Assembly: GCA_030295235.1 (NCBI GenBank)
Contig: AP026143.1
Coordinates: 434,001-498,000 of the forward strand
DNA length: 64,000 bases
DNA from: Fistulifera solaris
Taxonomy: Eukaryota
Reading direction: 5' to 3'
Below, one piece after another: positions 1 through 11,812 of the stretch (positions are counted from its first letter, which is position 1; each line of letters opens with the position of its first letter). The notes beneath the pieces were generated by a model. The model made no database searches. It had not been told where the DNA came from and saw only the letters and a list, made by a program, of their open reading frames with translations. The translations under genes and the position numbers were made by a program.

Positions 1-843
1 ATCTTCGACAATCGACTCCGTTTGCCTCCTCGTTTTCTGCGACTGCGCCGAATCAGAATCAGTATTACAATGGTTATCAAGCGGATGACTTATTTGAACA
101 AGCCTTTCGATCCTATGCATCGCGAACTGGTCCCTCGCATCGATTCTATACGACACGTGCATTCGGACGAGACGAAGGTTACAGTGCTGCGTTCTGGAGT
201 CCATCGGGGTTGAAGTCGGTCTACGAGCAGCGTGTTTCTATGTCTCTGTATGATTTGTACAATGGAGTATCCAAAGTGAAGTTTCGTTTACGAGAAAATG
301 CCTTTACGCGCTGTTGCGCCGCATTCCGGGGCGGTATCGGTTACGCCATTCTCTATCAGAGTCTTCTCTTTGTCATACCATTGTGGAGGATGACGAACCG
401 CTGGATTGCGCTACCGACGGCACTGGGATTATTCTACCAGCAAATACCCAAGCCTTTTGAGAACGAGTCATTTGACGCAAAAATAGAAGCTGGATACAAA
501 GCTGGTACGAGACTCACGTTTCAACCAACAGACCCTCGTATTCAAGTCGTTTTCATTTTGGAAGAAGAAAAAGCACCCCGTGTATCGACGAGTGGGTGAC
601 GACTTACACGTCGAGTACAGACTTTCGTATACCGAGGCGAAGAATGGTTGCACCGTTTCACTAGAAACACTCCGCGCCACGGAATCGTCGATTGAGATTG
701 TGTTGGAACCGGATGCAATTCAAAAGACGGGGCAGGTTCTGGTCATCAAAGGACAAGGATGGCCTCGGCGTAAAACGGCTGATTTCGGTAATTTAATCGT
801 ACACTTTACTTTGGTCAAGTCGAAAAAGAAAACGAGGGTTTAA
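1..843 (+). CDS. DnaJ/Hsp40 C-terminal substrate-binding domain protein (5' part unresolved; frameshift at A5 run 568-572)
   Basis: ORFs 210..599 and 580..843 carry DnaJ_C motifs (MSLYDLYNG, GYKAGTRLTF, RVGDDLHVEYRLSYTEAKNG, IKGQGWP..GNLIVHF). Removing one A at 568-572 gives continuous EEEKHPVYRRVGDDL. Confidence 0.75.
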
Positions 844-1264
844 AGGAAATGGTATGCACTTTATTGTTGTTCTGTTCGCCTCGACTGAGATTTAGTCATT
901 AACCTTTGTCGAACGCCGAACGTGACATTGGCAAAAGCTTGGGAACGAAGGCATACGAGCAAAACCTCACTTATACCATGCATCCATGTATCCCTTTTCT
1001 TGTTTCTTTTGGGTCTTTGCAAATGCCAATCAGGCGATGCGCCCTCTCGGCGCAAGTGTATATTCCTTTCCAAGGTATCAGTCATTGAGCTGTCACAAGC
1101 TGAGCTAACGATAGTGTCGCCGAAGCTACTTGGTATGATAGGCGAAAAGGCTTATATGTATCACACATCCTTACTTGTTAAAATATGAATCTGTGCAGAT
1201 ATACTTCTCACTGGTTGCACCTCTCAGACATATAGATTGACATGAACTACAACACAAGCTCATC

Positions 1265-4200
1265 CTAGTCATCATCTTTATCTTCGGCTTCGGCCCCAAC
1301 CTCATTTTCCTTCTGGGTTTCAATTCCAGCATCAACTTCTTCTTGATCAGGCGTCACTTCCTCACTTTCAATATCTTTGGCTTTATCACTTTGTGGTGCG
1401 ACCTCGCTCGAATCTCCCATTTTTAGGACGTCAAAGTCCAAGTAGCACAGAATAACCGGCACAAACCAGCAGCCCATGAAATATGTGACGAACATGACGA
1501 TTAAAAGTGGCTTGAAGAAAAACTTCAAATTAAACTCGAATTCCGTGAAAGCCAAGCAGATGACTCCTATCGTTGATGAAACGAAAGACATGAACATGGG
1601 TAGCATGAGGGCCTCCATAGCGTGCTCTACTCGATCAACGCTGGACTTGATGTTATTGGTTGCGCGCATCCAGCGAGAGACGGTGTGCACAGAGTATTCG
1701 ACAGCAAAGCCGACCGATAGAACGAACGACATCATCGAGAAGCCCGTCAAGTTCACGCCAATTAGGCTTGAAATACCAACAACAGGGACTAGCGTAAAAA
1801 TAATCGTCATGAGAATCAGCAACGACCCGACGAGGCTAGCAACGAGTGCCTTTCCCGCAGAATGTCGACTATGCAAAAACGTTCCAAGAAGGAAGAAGAA
1901 TGCAATGACAAATCCCGCAGCGGACGCATATCCGCCCAATTCGCACAATACTGGGAAGAGCTCTTCGTACTGAGACCAATAGTCGTAGGGAATGCCGGTC
2001 ATCCAGCAATGAATATCTTCGTTTTTGTCGCAAATTGCTCGCGTCTGCTTGATCATACTCAATGTATCCTCGTGGCTGAACAAGTCAAAAGCAAACATAG
2101 AGGGACCGAAAGTCATGGGAAGGGGATAGATGAGCTCGGCGTCGTTGAAGAAGACACCGTCACAAGGCTTTGATGTCGCAGTATCTGGTTCAGCTAGAAG
2201 ATTTCCTCCGTCGCCGGTGATATTGCGCCATCTTGTGAGACAGAACACCCACTTGTCATCTGACCAGCCCTCAATGACTGGACAAAACGTCTGATTTCCA
2301 GCAGAGTCTAGCGAAAGTCCCAATTTTGAGAGATCAGACTCGAACATCTCTTGACCTGGACGACAGATGCCACCTTCATACGATACGCATGTATCGTCGA
2401 TCAACGGCCGAATGTTCTTAACACGCAGACCGAGGTCATTTGGAACCCATGTGCCAGAGCAAGTACTTTCTTCGTCACCCTCTTTGAATACTTGATCTGA
2501 ACCACAGGCGCGAACATCAAAGTCTTGGCGGTCAAAATTGTCACTACAGTGACCTGTTGTCCAAAGAGCAAAGTCTGCCATCCAAAGCTGTTTGGTGTCG
2601 ATCTGAGATACATACTGTGACTCGACAACATCCTCAAACTGCTTGATCATGCCCATTTGGATGCTCGGGGCCTTGTAATCAATAGGACCCCACCTAATTC
2701 CGATGGACCAAGAGGCCAATTCTTCGGTTCGCAGCTCAGCCCAAAGACCTGCTGGATTAGACTTGGGGAAGAAGTCCTCAAGACCTAGACCGATGTGCCT
2801 ATCTTGAACGCCCCATATTCCTATGGCGAATGTCGCTAAAGCCATGCTGACAATAATGGCGTGCACAACAGAGCGAACGCCACGGTTTGCCGAAAACAGA
2901 ATCTTCTTGTAGAAAGATTCGTAGAGTACAGTTTGACGGAAGTCTTCGTGCGCGACGTGACTTTCGTGGCCCGACTCGTTCTTGATGCAAAACAGGATGT
3001 CTGCCCTGCCTTCTTTTTGTCGCATCATGTCGTAATAGCAATATGCAGGAAAGCAAAACATCACAGAGATATACAATGCGATGACACAGTAGCACGCTAC
3101 TCGGGCAGTCAAGTAGACCGCCGGGATATCGGAGACGTTTAGTATGGCGAACATGGAGGCATTCATCAAAGAAGTCATAGTAACCGGAATGGTAACTTCA
3201 TGCATTGCGGCAAGCCAGTTTCTGTCTTTGTAACCACGCTGCTGTTTCAAGGCAAGGAGAATGATGTAAACATCATCGACGCCAAGCCCGATGATGACAA
3301 AAGGCAGGGTCCAAGCGATTGACTGCAATACAAACCTTTTAGTGGACGATGAAAGAGTTCACAATTTTTGCGTTTTCTTTACTTACCACATTGATTTTGA
3401 TACCGATCAACAAGCTGAATCCGAGCGCAGCAAAATACGAAAGCACGACAAGCGTCACCCCGATGAGCGTGACCAGAACTCTGGACTCTACTGCGTTCGA
3501 TGAAATTAGGCAAAATGCCGAAAAGACGGCGACCAAAACAATAGCAATGAAAGTCAGACGAGTGTTGTCAAGACTGATGTCTTCTAGCATGCGACCTGTC
3601 GATCCAACCACGTCCCCGCTATCGTCGAAGAAACCCACAAACTGTACGTCTCCTGCTTGGCTGTCGTCCCAACCCTCCACCCACGACTCTTCCATGGCCT
3701 CTTTATACATGTAAAGAATCTCTTCGGCATCTTCCGTGGTGATGTCGACTGGGCCGCCTGGACGATTACAGTTTTTGACTCGCTGAACAATATCCTTAGG
3801 AAGGAGAGCAGCATAAATTGACTGAAGAACTCGTACTTCCGTCAAAGAATTTTCTTGGTCGTACTCTCCGATGCCAGGTGTAGCACCCCCGATAAGAAGG
3901 TTTCTGTCGACGGGCCCTAATGAAGTTCCCTCATCGATATTAAACACTTCTCGTGACGCTCCTTTGAGAATGCTTTCGTCAGACTGATTTGTGAACGAGA
4001 ACCTTGACCCGCCGAGCGTATATCCACAGCCAGCTCCTGTCGTCCAAGAATAGGGGTCGTCTTCACCTTGTTTGACATCCAAGAATGCTGGTGAAGAAAT
4101 CAACAGATCGTACCACATCCGTGCAAAATGTTGCTTGCTGTACTCTGTACCGGGAGTACCAGGATTTGTGGAGCTTGGAACATTGAAGGGAGTGCACCAT

Positions 4201-5844
4201 GATTGCGACACTTGCGTTGCTGCCTCAGCTGATTGGGTGTCAAACTCCTCGCTAGGAGTGTCGGATCCTGGAAGAGGCTCGTTTGCGCAAACTGTGTACA
4301 AATACAAATTAGCAACAGTTCGGCTTTGTCACTGACATTCCAATGTACACACTTACCTGTTCCCTCATTAGCCGGAGTCAGACTCGCCATGAACCACGAA
4401 TAAACCGGATCAACAGCAACCATCGTCTGCCATTCCGCAGAATCGGGGTCGGCAAATCCATCCTGCGTAAATACGGGACTCCAGGTTGCATCTTTGCCGT
4501 AATTTGCAGCATCAACGAACATCGCAGTGCTGAATGGCTCTCCGCTCATGTCGATACCCGAGCCCGACACAGGGAACAACGAAGCTGCATTAGTCTGGCC
4601 GAACATGCTACCACCTGTAGCGGCGTTTGACCAGAAGGGGAACGGAGCGCCTGCTCCATTCAAAGAACTAAAGGGACCATCGGCATGATTCAGAAGCGCC
4701 TGCTTGGCAACGTCTTCGGTAACGTCCGCGGCCCGAGACGGGCAAGTCAAGCCTAGAGTATCTGCAGCACCTTGACACGCTTCGATGAGCGGATCAAAGA
4801 GAGCATAGTTTTCCACGTAACTACTGGCTCCGAGCTCGCTGTACAAGCCACGCAACACGAGATACTTGTAAAACTCGGCGACATCGTCGGCGGTGACGCT
4901 CGAGGCAAGCTCGTCGAGCTTGGCTGAGAGATCGTCTAGTTCAGCCTTTTTGGCAGCATTGCCTTCCCCCAAAGAAGCGCTGTGACGTTTTAATTCTGCA
5001 CTCAAGACAGTAAAGGTAGGCTGCACTAGTGCGTGCATACCGGCAATCTTCTCGTCGTAAGTCGCTTCAATGCACATGCGGCATGGGTGATTCATTTCCA
5101 TATTGCCGATATCAGCAAACAGAGCGAGAGGATTGGTGGCTCGACCGAGCAACACCGTAAAGCACTCGGAACGGCAATCTTGTGTCATAACTCCAAAGCG
5201 AGGCACACGCGGAGAGACAAGACCTCTCTGAATGGCGAGATACCAAGCAGCTCGATCCAAGGGAGTGAACGTCCAGCGAGCTTCTTCAAACAAATCCATG
5301 GGAGACAAGCGGAGGCAGGGAAATTGGTAGGGAGCTTCATTGACAGCACACAAGTCGTCCCACGTATACGTGACGCCCTTGTAAGTGATCTGTAGTGAAT
5401 ATCAGCGAAGCATTTAGTTAATCATGTCATTTGTCGTTTCAATGCATCACAAGGACTTACCGTAGTGTTTTCGGTGGCTTCCATTCGAGCACGGATCTCT
5501 TCCAGACGATCTTTCGTCATGATATTCTTGTCGTCACGCGAGACGGAAAGTGCGGCAAAGGTCGATGCACCCAAGTCGTCGGCCCCGTAGCGTTTTGCAT
5601 AGTCTTGATCTTTGGCGTAGTCGCCGTTGCGCGGAATCCAAATGTTAGCAACCTTGTCTTCGACACGGTCCTCCACCGTCCATCCGAATCCGATCAAGAA
5701 CGCAAAGGCAATGGGAACCATAATCAAAAAGGGAATGGGGTACTTCAACATGAAGTGAAAGAACGGATTGCCTTCTTTACGTCCGTCCGCATTGTCGTCG
5801 ACGTCTTGCTTCAACGAGTTTTCTTCTTGAGAAGACGACGACAT
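1265..5844 (-). CDS. Patched/NPC1-like sterol-sensing-domain (RND superfamily) membrane protein, ~1459 aa, 4 exons
   Basis: SSD motif LPFVIIGLGVDDVYII and second-half motif SVGFAVEYSVH, with two large Cys-containing lumenal loops. GT-AG introns at 5390-5460, 4292-4356 and 3323-3386 join the four ORFs in frame (4380 nt). Confidence 0.9.
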
Positions 5845-6645
5845 GGTTCGGTGCTGGCGAGCTATTGAATACCTCTTTCTCTTTTATTTGCTTTCAGTCA
5901 AATCCTGGGGTTCAGCAAAGGCTGCTTGCGTTTTTATGACGATGAAAGAAAAAGATATCAAAGTGAATAAAGTTTCACAGAAGGTAAAGTGTCAAGTGTC
6001 AAGAAGACAAAGCCAAAGACGACGGCAAGAAAGATCGAAATGGAGAACTGCAACCAAAAGTGGTTCTTAGTACTTGACGGAAGATAGTAAACTGTAAACG
6101 CTATTTGCACATAGACAGCGAATGCATTCTTTGCACGTCAGCTTCGCATAGTACTCAATGACCTATACCAGGTTTTTAATCACGTATCCGTGCCGTCTAC
6201 TGATTCACTATAGAACAGGAGATCCAAACACGAGTCGACTGCTGAGTATCCATAACCCACTGCCAAACCGGTCCCGGTTCTCTGACAGATGTCCACACGG
6301 GACTCGAGCCTTCGTAGAGCTGAGTGACGCACCTCAGTATCCGATTCAAAGTAGTAAGACGGTTATTGTGCAGTTAGATAAAGATCGAGCGTTGGATTTT
6401 GCGGTGGAATCATAGAAATCATAGGAGTTATTACTCCTATGGTGGAATGGTGGAAGAATGAAATTTTGTCAAAAAAATAAAAGATCGAGCATGAAGCATG
6501 ATAAACAAGACGATGACAGGTAAAGACCAATATCCTCGCAATGGAATGATACTTAAAAGTTTGTCGGAATGAAGGGACTCATTAGGCAGTGATTGACAAA
6601 GAAGGCAGCAGTACTTACTCAATTTTTGACAAACTCGGAGACATC

Positions 6646-7188
6646 ATGACGCCTGAACGCACGGAAGAGACGCATATTTACATTCCGCGCTCGATGGCAA
6701 GAGAGACTATGATCGCTCTGGTCAATCTTGTCAATGACGTGTACGATGTTGCGGAAGAAAATATGTGGAAGGAAACGGGCGTCCGTACGAATCTTTCGGA
6801 AATCGAGTCGTTAATCCAAGAAGGACGACTCATGGTCGTCGAACGAGACATTAAAATCATCGGACTCGTGAAATTAAGCAAGATTGACAAAGACACGGGT
6901 GAACTGGGAATGCTCGTGGTAGATCCTAGCGCAAGAAGGCAAAACTTGGGACGAAGACTGGTCGAATCTGCCGAGGCGTGGGCGAAAGGTGAAGGCTTCC
7001 ATACAATGCAGTTGCAGCTTTTAACACCACGAACATGGAAGCACCCAACAAAAGAGTTACTCAAAGAGTGGTATTCGAGAATGGGATATACTGCTCAATG
7101 TTCTGCTAGCTTTGAAGAAGATTATCCCGATCTCGTCAATTTACTGGCGTGCGAGTGCGACTTGACAACCTGGACCAAACCTATCTAG
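6646..7188 (+). CDS. GNAT-family N-acetyltransferase, intronless
   Basis: Motif A GMLVVDPSARRQNLGRRLVESAE and motif B WYSRMGY. First ATG is at 6646 inside ORF 6589..7188. Confidence 0.85.
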   Translation: MTPERTEETHIYIPRSMARETMIALVNLVNDVYDVAEENMWKETGVRTNLSEIESLIQEGRLMVVERDIKIIGLVKLSKIDKDTGELGMLVVDPSARRQNLGRRLVESAEAWAKGEGFHTMQLQLLTPRTWKHPTKELLKEWYSRMGYTAQCSASFEEDYPDLVNLLACECDLTTWTKPI

Positions 7189-7319
7189 CTAGTGTTTACG
7201 GTGCTATACACAACTGGCTCGAGCCTCAACACGTTTATAAAACAATCATATCATTTTACCAGAGAGAATTAAATGTAAACAAATTTGTCTTTAAGGCAAT
7301 TAACAAAGCCTGCGTCGGT

Positions 7320-8410
7320 CTATTGCTGATGATGTAGTTGCTGCCGCTCCATGGCAAATCGCGAAAGTCTCTTTACAGGAGCCGGTTGCTGTACTTGTGG
7401 TTCGGGCTTACGGTTTCCAGCTCCCACAATCGGTCGCGAAGGATTTCGTGTGAGGGAAGCTACCGAAATCTCACCGATGCGAGGGATTTCTCGGATTTCA
7501 TTTGCATCGTCACCAAACCGCACCCTTGCACTCGTCTCCACCTTGTTTTGCGACTCCTCGACTTTGTCTTGTGTACCGTGTTCCTGAATGACACCCGAAA
7601 AAACGCTTTTGGAAATGGGCTTTGCAGCGACTGGTGCGGTTCTCCTATCCTTGTTGGTATCGGTTGATTGGACCGGTGTCTCGGATGATTCTTTGCGTCG
7701 TTCTTTGTTTAACTTATTTGACGGAGCAACGACTGGTTTCTTTTTGTTTTGGAGCTTGTATTCAAAAAACCTTTGTTCCAGCCACTCTTCTGATTGCTCT
7801 TCTTCATGACTTTGGATGCGGGCGGTCTAGTTTCGTCCTCTTCTAAACGAGCCAGTTCCTCCAGTCGAGCCGCCAAGGCATCGTATTCTCCATCCGACAA
7901 AGCTTTTAAAGAAGAAACAGGGATTTCTTCGACCGGTTCTTCCGTAGAGGATGCTGTCATGGCGGGCGGTAACGTCTCTTCTTGAACGACTTCGGGATGC
8001 TGGCGGAGATACTCCAAATGTTGTGATACATTGACGGCTTCGGCTTTGAGTTCATTTCCGGATGCATCGATTTCTTCTCGAATTTCAAAATAGGGTAAAA
8101 TGTTGCTGTGATGACTGGTCGGCTTGCTTGCCTTGGGAGGTGGAGCCTTTTTGCGGTTCGAGTTTTGATCCATTTCGTCTTGTAGTCGAGCTAACGCCTC
8201 TGTTCTCGATATTATTACAGCCTCCGTTGCCCCGCTGCTTTTTGCTGGAACGAATGTGACCATTTCCTCTTCTTCGCTCTTTTCGGGTTGTAGAAATCCT
8301 GGCACAAGGGCTTTCGTTCCGAGAGGCACCAGCACGGACCGACCCGATAAAGGTTGTCGCAATTGGTCACGAACATCACGTAGTTGTTCGAACGTTAAGG
8401 GATTTGTCAT
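7320..8410 (-). CDS. URI1: URI1/Bud27-like unconventional prefoldin RPB5 interactor (frameshift near 7740-7750)
   Basis: Prefoldin-alpha-like N-terminus (VLVPLGTKALVPG), FEIREEID motif, LAARLEELARLEE helix, and C-terminal KRLSRFAMER matching the URI C-terminal motif. ORFs 7709..8410 and 7320..7541 link through an A-rich run. Confidence 0.7.
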
Positions 8411-8597
8411 AGCTGCGGCGCTTCAAACTGTACACCCGACGAACACTCGCTACGAGGAAACACAAGAAGCAACCACTTGGAATAAGACAAATGAGATCAA
8501 GGAATACTCTGTAATTAATTATTGGGGCAGGCGCCTGCTACGGGTTGGGAGTACTACATATTTGTGCAAACATGAAAAAATAACGGACACACTTTAT

Positions 8598-8925
8598 CTT
8601 CCCAGAAAATCTGGGAATGTGGTGTTTCACGTTCCTATAAAATCTGGGAGAGTAGTTTTTCACGTTCCAGATATTCTGGGGAACTGGTGTTTCACGCTCC
8701 CACAAAATCTGGGAGCGTGATGTTTTCACGTTCCCATAAAATCTGGGTAGGTGGTGTTTCGAGTTACCATAAAATCTGGGATGGTTGTTTTCAAGTTCCC
8801 AGAAAATCTGGGAAAGTGGTTTTCACGAACCCAAAAAATTGGACATGGTGTTTCAAGTTCCCAGAAAATTTGGGCTAATGGTGTTTTCAAGTCCAAAGAG
8901 AATCTGGGGATGTGGCTTTCACGGC
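8598..8925. repeat. Tandem array of ~10 degenerate 32-34 bp units, consensus TTCCCAGAAAATCTGGG-N4-GTGGTGTTTCACG
   Basis: (A/T)TCTGGG cores at about 8609, 8642, 8674, 8707, 8741, 8774, 8806, 8838, 8868 and 8902. Confidence 0.9.
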
Positions 8926-8964
8926 GGGCGGTGATCACAATAATGAAGAAGATAATGTTTGTTA

Positions 8965-9683
8965 GAAGTGGCAAATTCCAGAAATTCTGGAATTGCTATG
9001 TTTCTGATCATACAGAAATTCTGCGATTAGGTTTTTTCGATCATAATACCGAAATGCTGTGCAAATTCCAGAATTTCTGGGGACGTGGCATTGGATCCTA
9101 CCGAAATGCTGTGCACGTTCTAGAAATTCTGGGCACGGTGTTTTCGTTCATAACGGAAGAAAGTGCAAATTCCAGAACTTTTGGAATCGCTATATATCTG
9201 ATCATACAGATATTCTGTGGTGGTCCAGAAATTCTGGACCAGGATTTTTCGATCATACCAAAATGCTGTGCAAGTTCCAGAATATCTGGGGACGTGGCAT
9301 TGGATCCTACCGAAATGCTGTGCACGTTCTAGAAATTCTGGGCACGGTGTTTTCGTTCATAACGGAAGAAAGTGCAAATTCCAGAACTTCTGGAATCGCT
9401 ATATATCTGATCATACAGAAATTCTGTGGTGGTCCAGAAATTCTGGACCAAGTTTTTTCGATCATACCAAAATGCTGTACAAGTTCCAAAATATCTGGGG
9501 ACGTGGCATTGGATCCTACCGAAATGCTGTGCACCTTCTAGAAATTCTGGGCAAGGTGTTTTCGTTCATAACGGATGAAAGTGCAAATTTCAGAACTTCT
9601 GGAATCGCTATATATCTGATCATACAGAAATTCTGTTTTGGTCCAGAATTTCTGTACCAGGTTTTTTCGATCACCGAAATGCT
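8965..9683. repeat. 52-53 bp palindrome-core satellite arranged as a 4-unit, 209-bp higher-order repeat (~3.4 copies)
   Basis: CCAGAAATTCTGG-type cores at 9068, 9120, 9172, 9225, 9277, 9329, 9381, 9434, 9486, 9538, 9590 and 9643. Units 209 bp apart are near-identical while adjacent units are divergent. Confidence 0.95.
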
Positions 9684-9729
9684 ATCGCGCGTTCGAGCCT
9701 CTAGTTGAAACTTGAAACACATTGTGTTT

Positions 9730-9820
9730 ACACTTTCCCAGAATATCTGGGTATTTTAGGTTTTCACTTTCCCACAAAATCTGGGCATGCTGTTTTTTCA
9801 CACCCACAGAATATCTGTAA
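9730..9820. repeat. Three further ~33-bp units of the CCCAGAAAATCTGGG monomer
   Basis: Cores at about 9737, 9771 and 9803, same consensus as 8598-8925. Confidence 0.8.
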
Positions 9821-10018
9821 GCATACGCTACGTTCCTGCGGTAACAGCAGCGTCGGAAAAAATAGACTTCGCGTCAATTATATAAAAAGAATAATAATGG
9901 ATAATGGATTGCAAAAATGCTCCTAATAATAAGAATAACGATGAATAATAATTGATAGCATTGAGATGAACGCCGTATTGCTTGAATTGAAAACAAAGGC
10001 GTTCAATATTTTTGCATT

Positions 10019-10933
10019 ATGCTCGTGCGTCATGCGAGACTACTGATTTTACCGCTGCTTCTTCCCGAAGCAGCTTGTCTTTCATTCCTTCACGCACGCA
10101 GGATATCCTCTCGAATACGACATCACTGTGCGAACGCATTCTTGCAATCAATTCTCGTTCCATTGGCTATCACTGCTGTCGCCATTCCGGCACACGCCGA
10201 AGTAGCACCGCAATCCACAGTTCATGCATGGCAGTTCGAGAATGGTGCGGTGGTGATCCCTGATCCATTTTTGTTTGCCGAAAAAGTGTTGCACCAGCCA
10301 CGACTTTTAGGAAGCGGAGGAGGAGGTGCTGTTCTTGCTTTGACACAGGACAACGGGCGATCGTATGCTGTCAAGACGAGTTGGTCATCGAGTACGGAAT
10401 CGATTGAAAAGGAATGTCGCGTATTACAGCATTTGGAGGACAAGCACGTGACCGGTGTCGAACGATGTTTAGGAGTGCAGTCATACATTAGTGAAGACGA
10501 ATCCGATGCGCGTCGTGCCATGATCTTGTTGGAACCAGTGATGGAAGGGCCTATCGCCGCATCGCTTTCCGATTTATCGCCCCCCTTGCAGTCGCATGCT
10601 GTGGAAATGATTTTGAAAACGACGATACAGATCCTATCGGCGAACGTGGCTGTCACCGATGTACAAGTGCTGATTTCGCAAGAGACTGGTGATGTCTTGT
10701 TCATCGATTTCAGTGAAGCGCGGATACTTCCCTCTTCCAGCAACTCGTTTATGCAGCAAGCTCTCCTTTCCAATTTTGTCCAAGAAGTTTCTGCTTTGAT
10801 TCCAAAAGATCAAGAGGTTCTTGCCGCTCGGATCGTGTCGCAATTTGTGGAAGAGCAAAAGTCATTAGGACGGCCCCTGAGCACGCAGGCGTTGACGCTA
10901 TTAGAGGAACAATTCCTACTAGACGAGATATGA
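10019..10933 (+). CDS. Protein-kinase-like (possibly pseudokinase) protein with predicted plastid/thylakoid-lumen presequence
   Basis: LLGSGGGGAV glycine loop, YAVK, alphaC Glu (EKECRVL) and FIDFSEA (DFG-like). N-terminus has a signal peptide, an Arg-rich transit region, then a hydrophobic stretch ending AHA. Confidence 0.7.
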   Translation: MLVRHARLLILPLLLPEAACLSFLHARRISSRIRHHCANAFLQSILVPLAITAVAIPAHAEVAPQSTVHAWQFENGAVVIPDPFLFAEKVLHQPRLLGSGGGGAVLALTQDNGRSYAVKTSWSSSTESIEKECRVLQHLEDKHVTGVERCLGVQSYISEDESDARRAMILLEPVMEGPIAASLSDLSPPLQSHAVEMILKTTIQILSANVAVTDVQVLISQETGDVLFIDFSEARILPSSSNSFMQQALLSNFVQEVSALIPKDQEVLAARIVSQFVEEQKSLGRPLSTQALTLLEEQFLLDEI

Positions 10934-11812
10934 GCGAGTCGATTGATTGCTTAGAGCCGAAACAATTGCGAAGGCGACAGGATAACTACCTGAACGCTAG
11001 TGGAAAACTATCATCTCTATTGATAGCTGCTTTCGCTGTGTTATGCACCAGAGCAGAGCCAACATTCGTTTCTGTGTCGCAATAAAGTACCGTCGCGATT
11101 TCTTCGCTGAACGTTGGCGCGTTAGTCGATACTGTTGCAAAGTGGAGAACGTGTGTGCACGGACGCAGGATGACGAGACGGGCAAAGCTCGGCAATCTCA
11201 TGCACAGAGTTTGACCGATAGCAGGGAAGAATTTAAACAGCTACCAGTATTGCAGTAAAGCACGAGGCCAATGTGAAACCATGCTTATATATACGGCTAA
11301 GGATGAACGGACGGTTGCGCTTAGCTTATTGAATCTTGGAGCCCGCACTTGGAATTGGAAGATTTTTTTCTTACCATGTAAAGTATCTACTCCCATCGGG
11401 AGAAGGTGCGTTAACAATTTGCAGCTGATGCGTCCTTTCGTTTTCCGGCGAAACTTTACATTACTAGCGAACGCCATTGTAAGTTCCGGTAGATATCTCT
11501 TGCCATGCAGTTGTGTTGATTCTCACGAAATAAAGATAGTCGCTGGGCAATCACGACGAAGGTCAAAATCAGTGGAGAACCAATTTTGGAGGGCGGCAAA
11601 TATGTATGGCGATTTATTGCGCTCTTCTTTTCACTTCTATTAACATTCCATTATGCGCACACAACATAGAAGATTATCCGGCGGTAAGGCTTAATAATTT
11701 ATCACGAAGTTTACTTTCTTTTCCCGCTGCAAAGTTTTGATACTAATAGACCCTTCAAAGTCGGTTCCGTACCCGATTTAACCATTGCTCAAGCTGATTG
11801 TGAATCAGTTCT

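Noticed and set aside
8598..9820. CRISPR array interpretation of the regularly spaced palindromes (also 27020-27440)
   Set aside because: The sequences between palindromes are related to each other and recur every 209 bp rather than being unique spacers. There are no cas genes and the context is eukaryotic.
8520..9860. Satellite arrays as internal parts of TIR transposons
   Set aside because: I could not find terminal inverted repeats or target-site duplications around either array by eye. Not excluded, but unsupported.
8256..9926. ORFs across the left satellite (for example 8751..9332, 9059..9541, 9217..9708)
   Set aside because: The 52- and 209-bp periods are not multiples of 3, and the same peptides recur in rotating frames, so these are by-products of the repeat.
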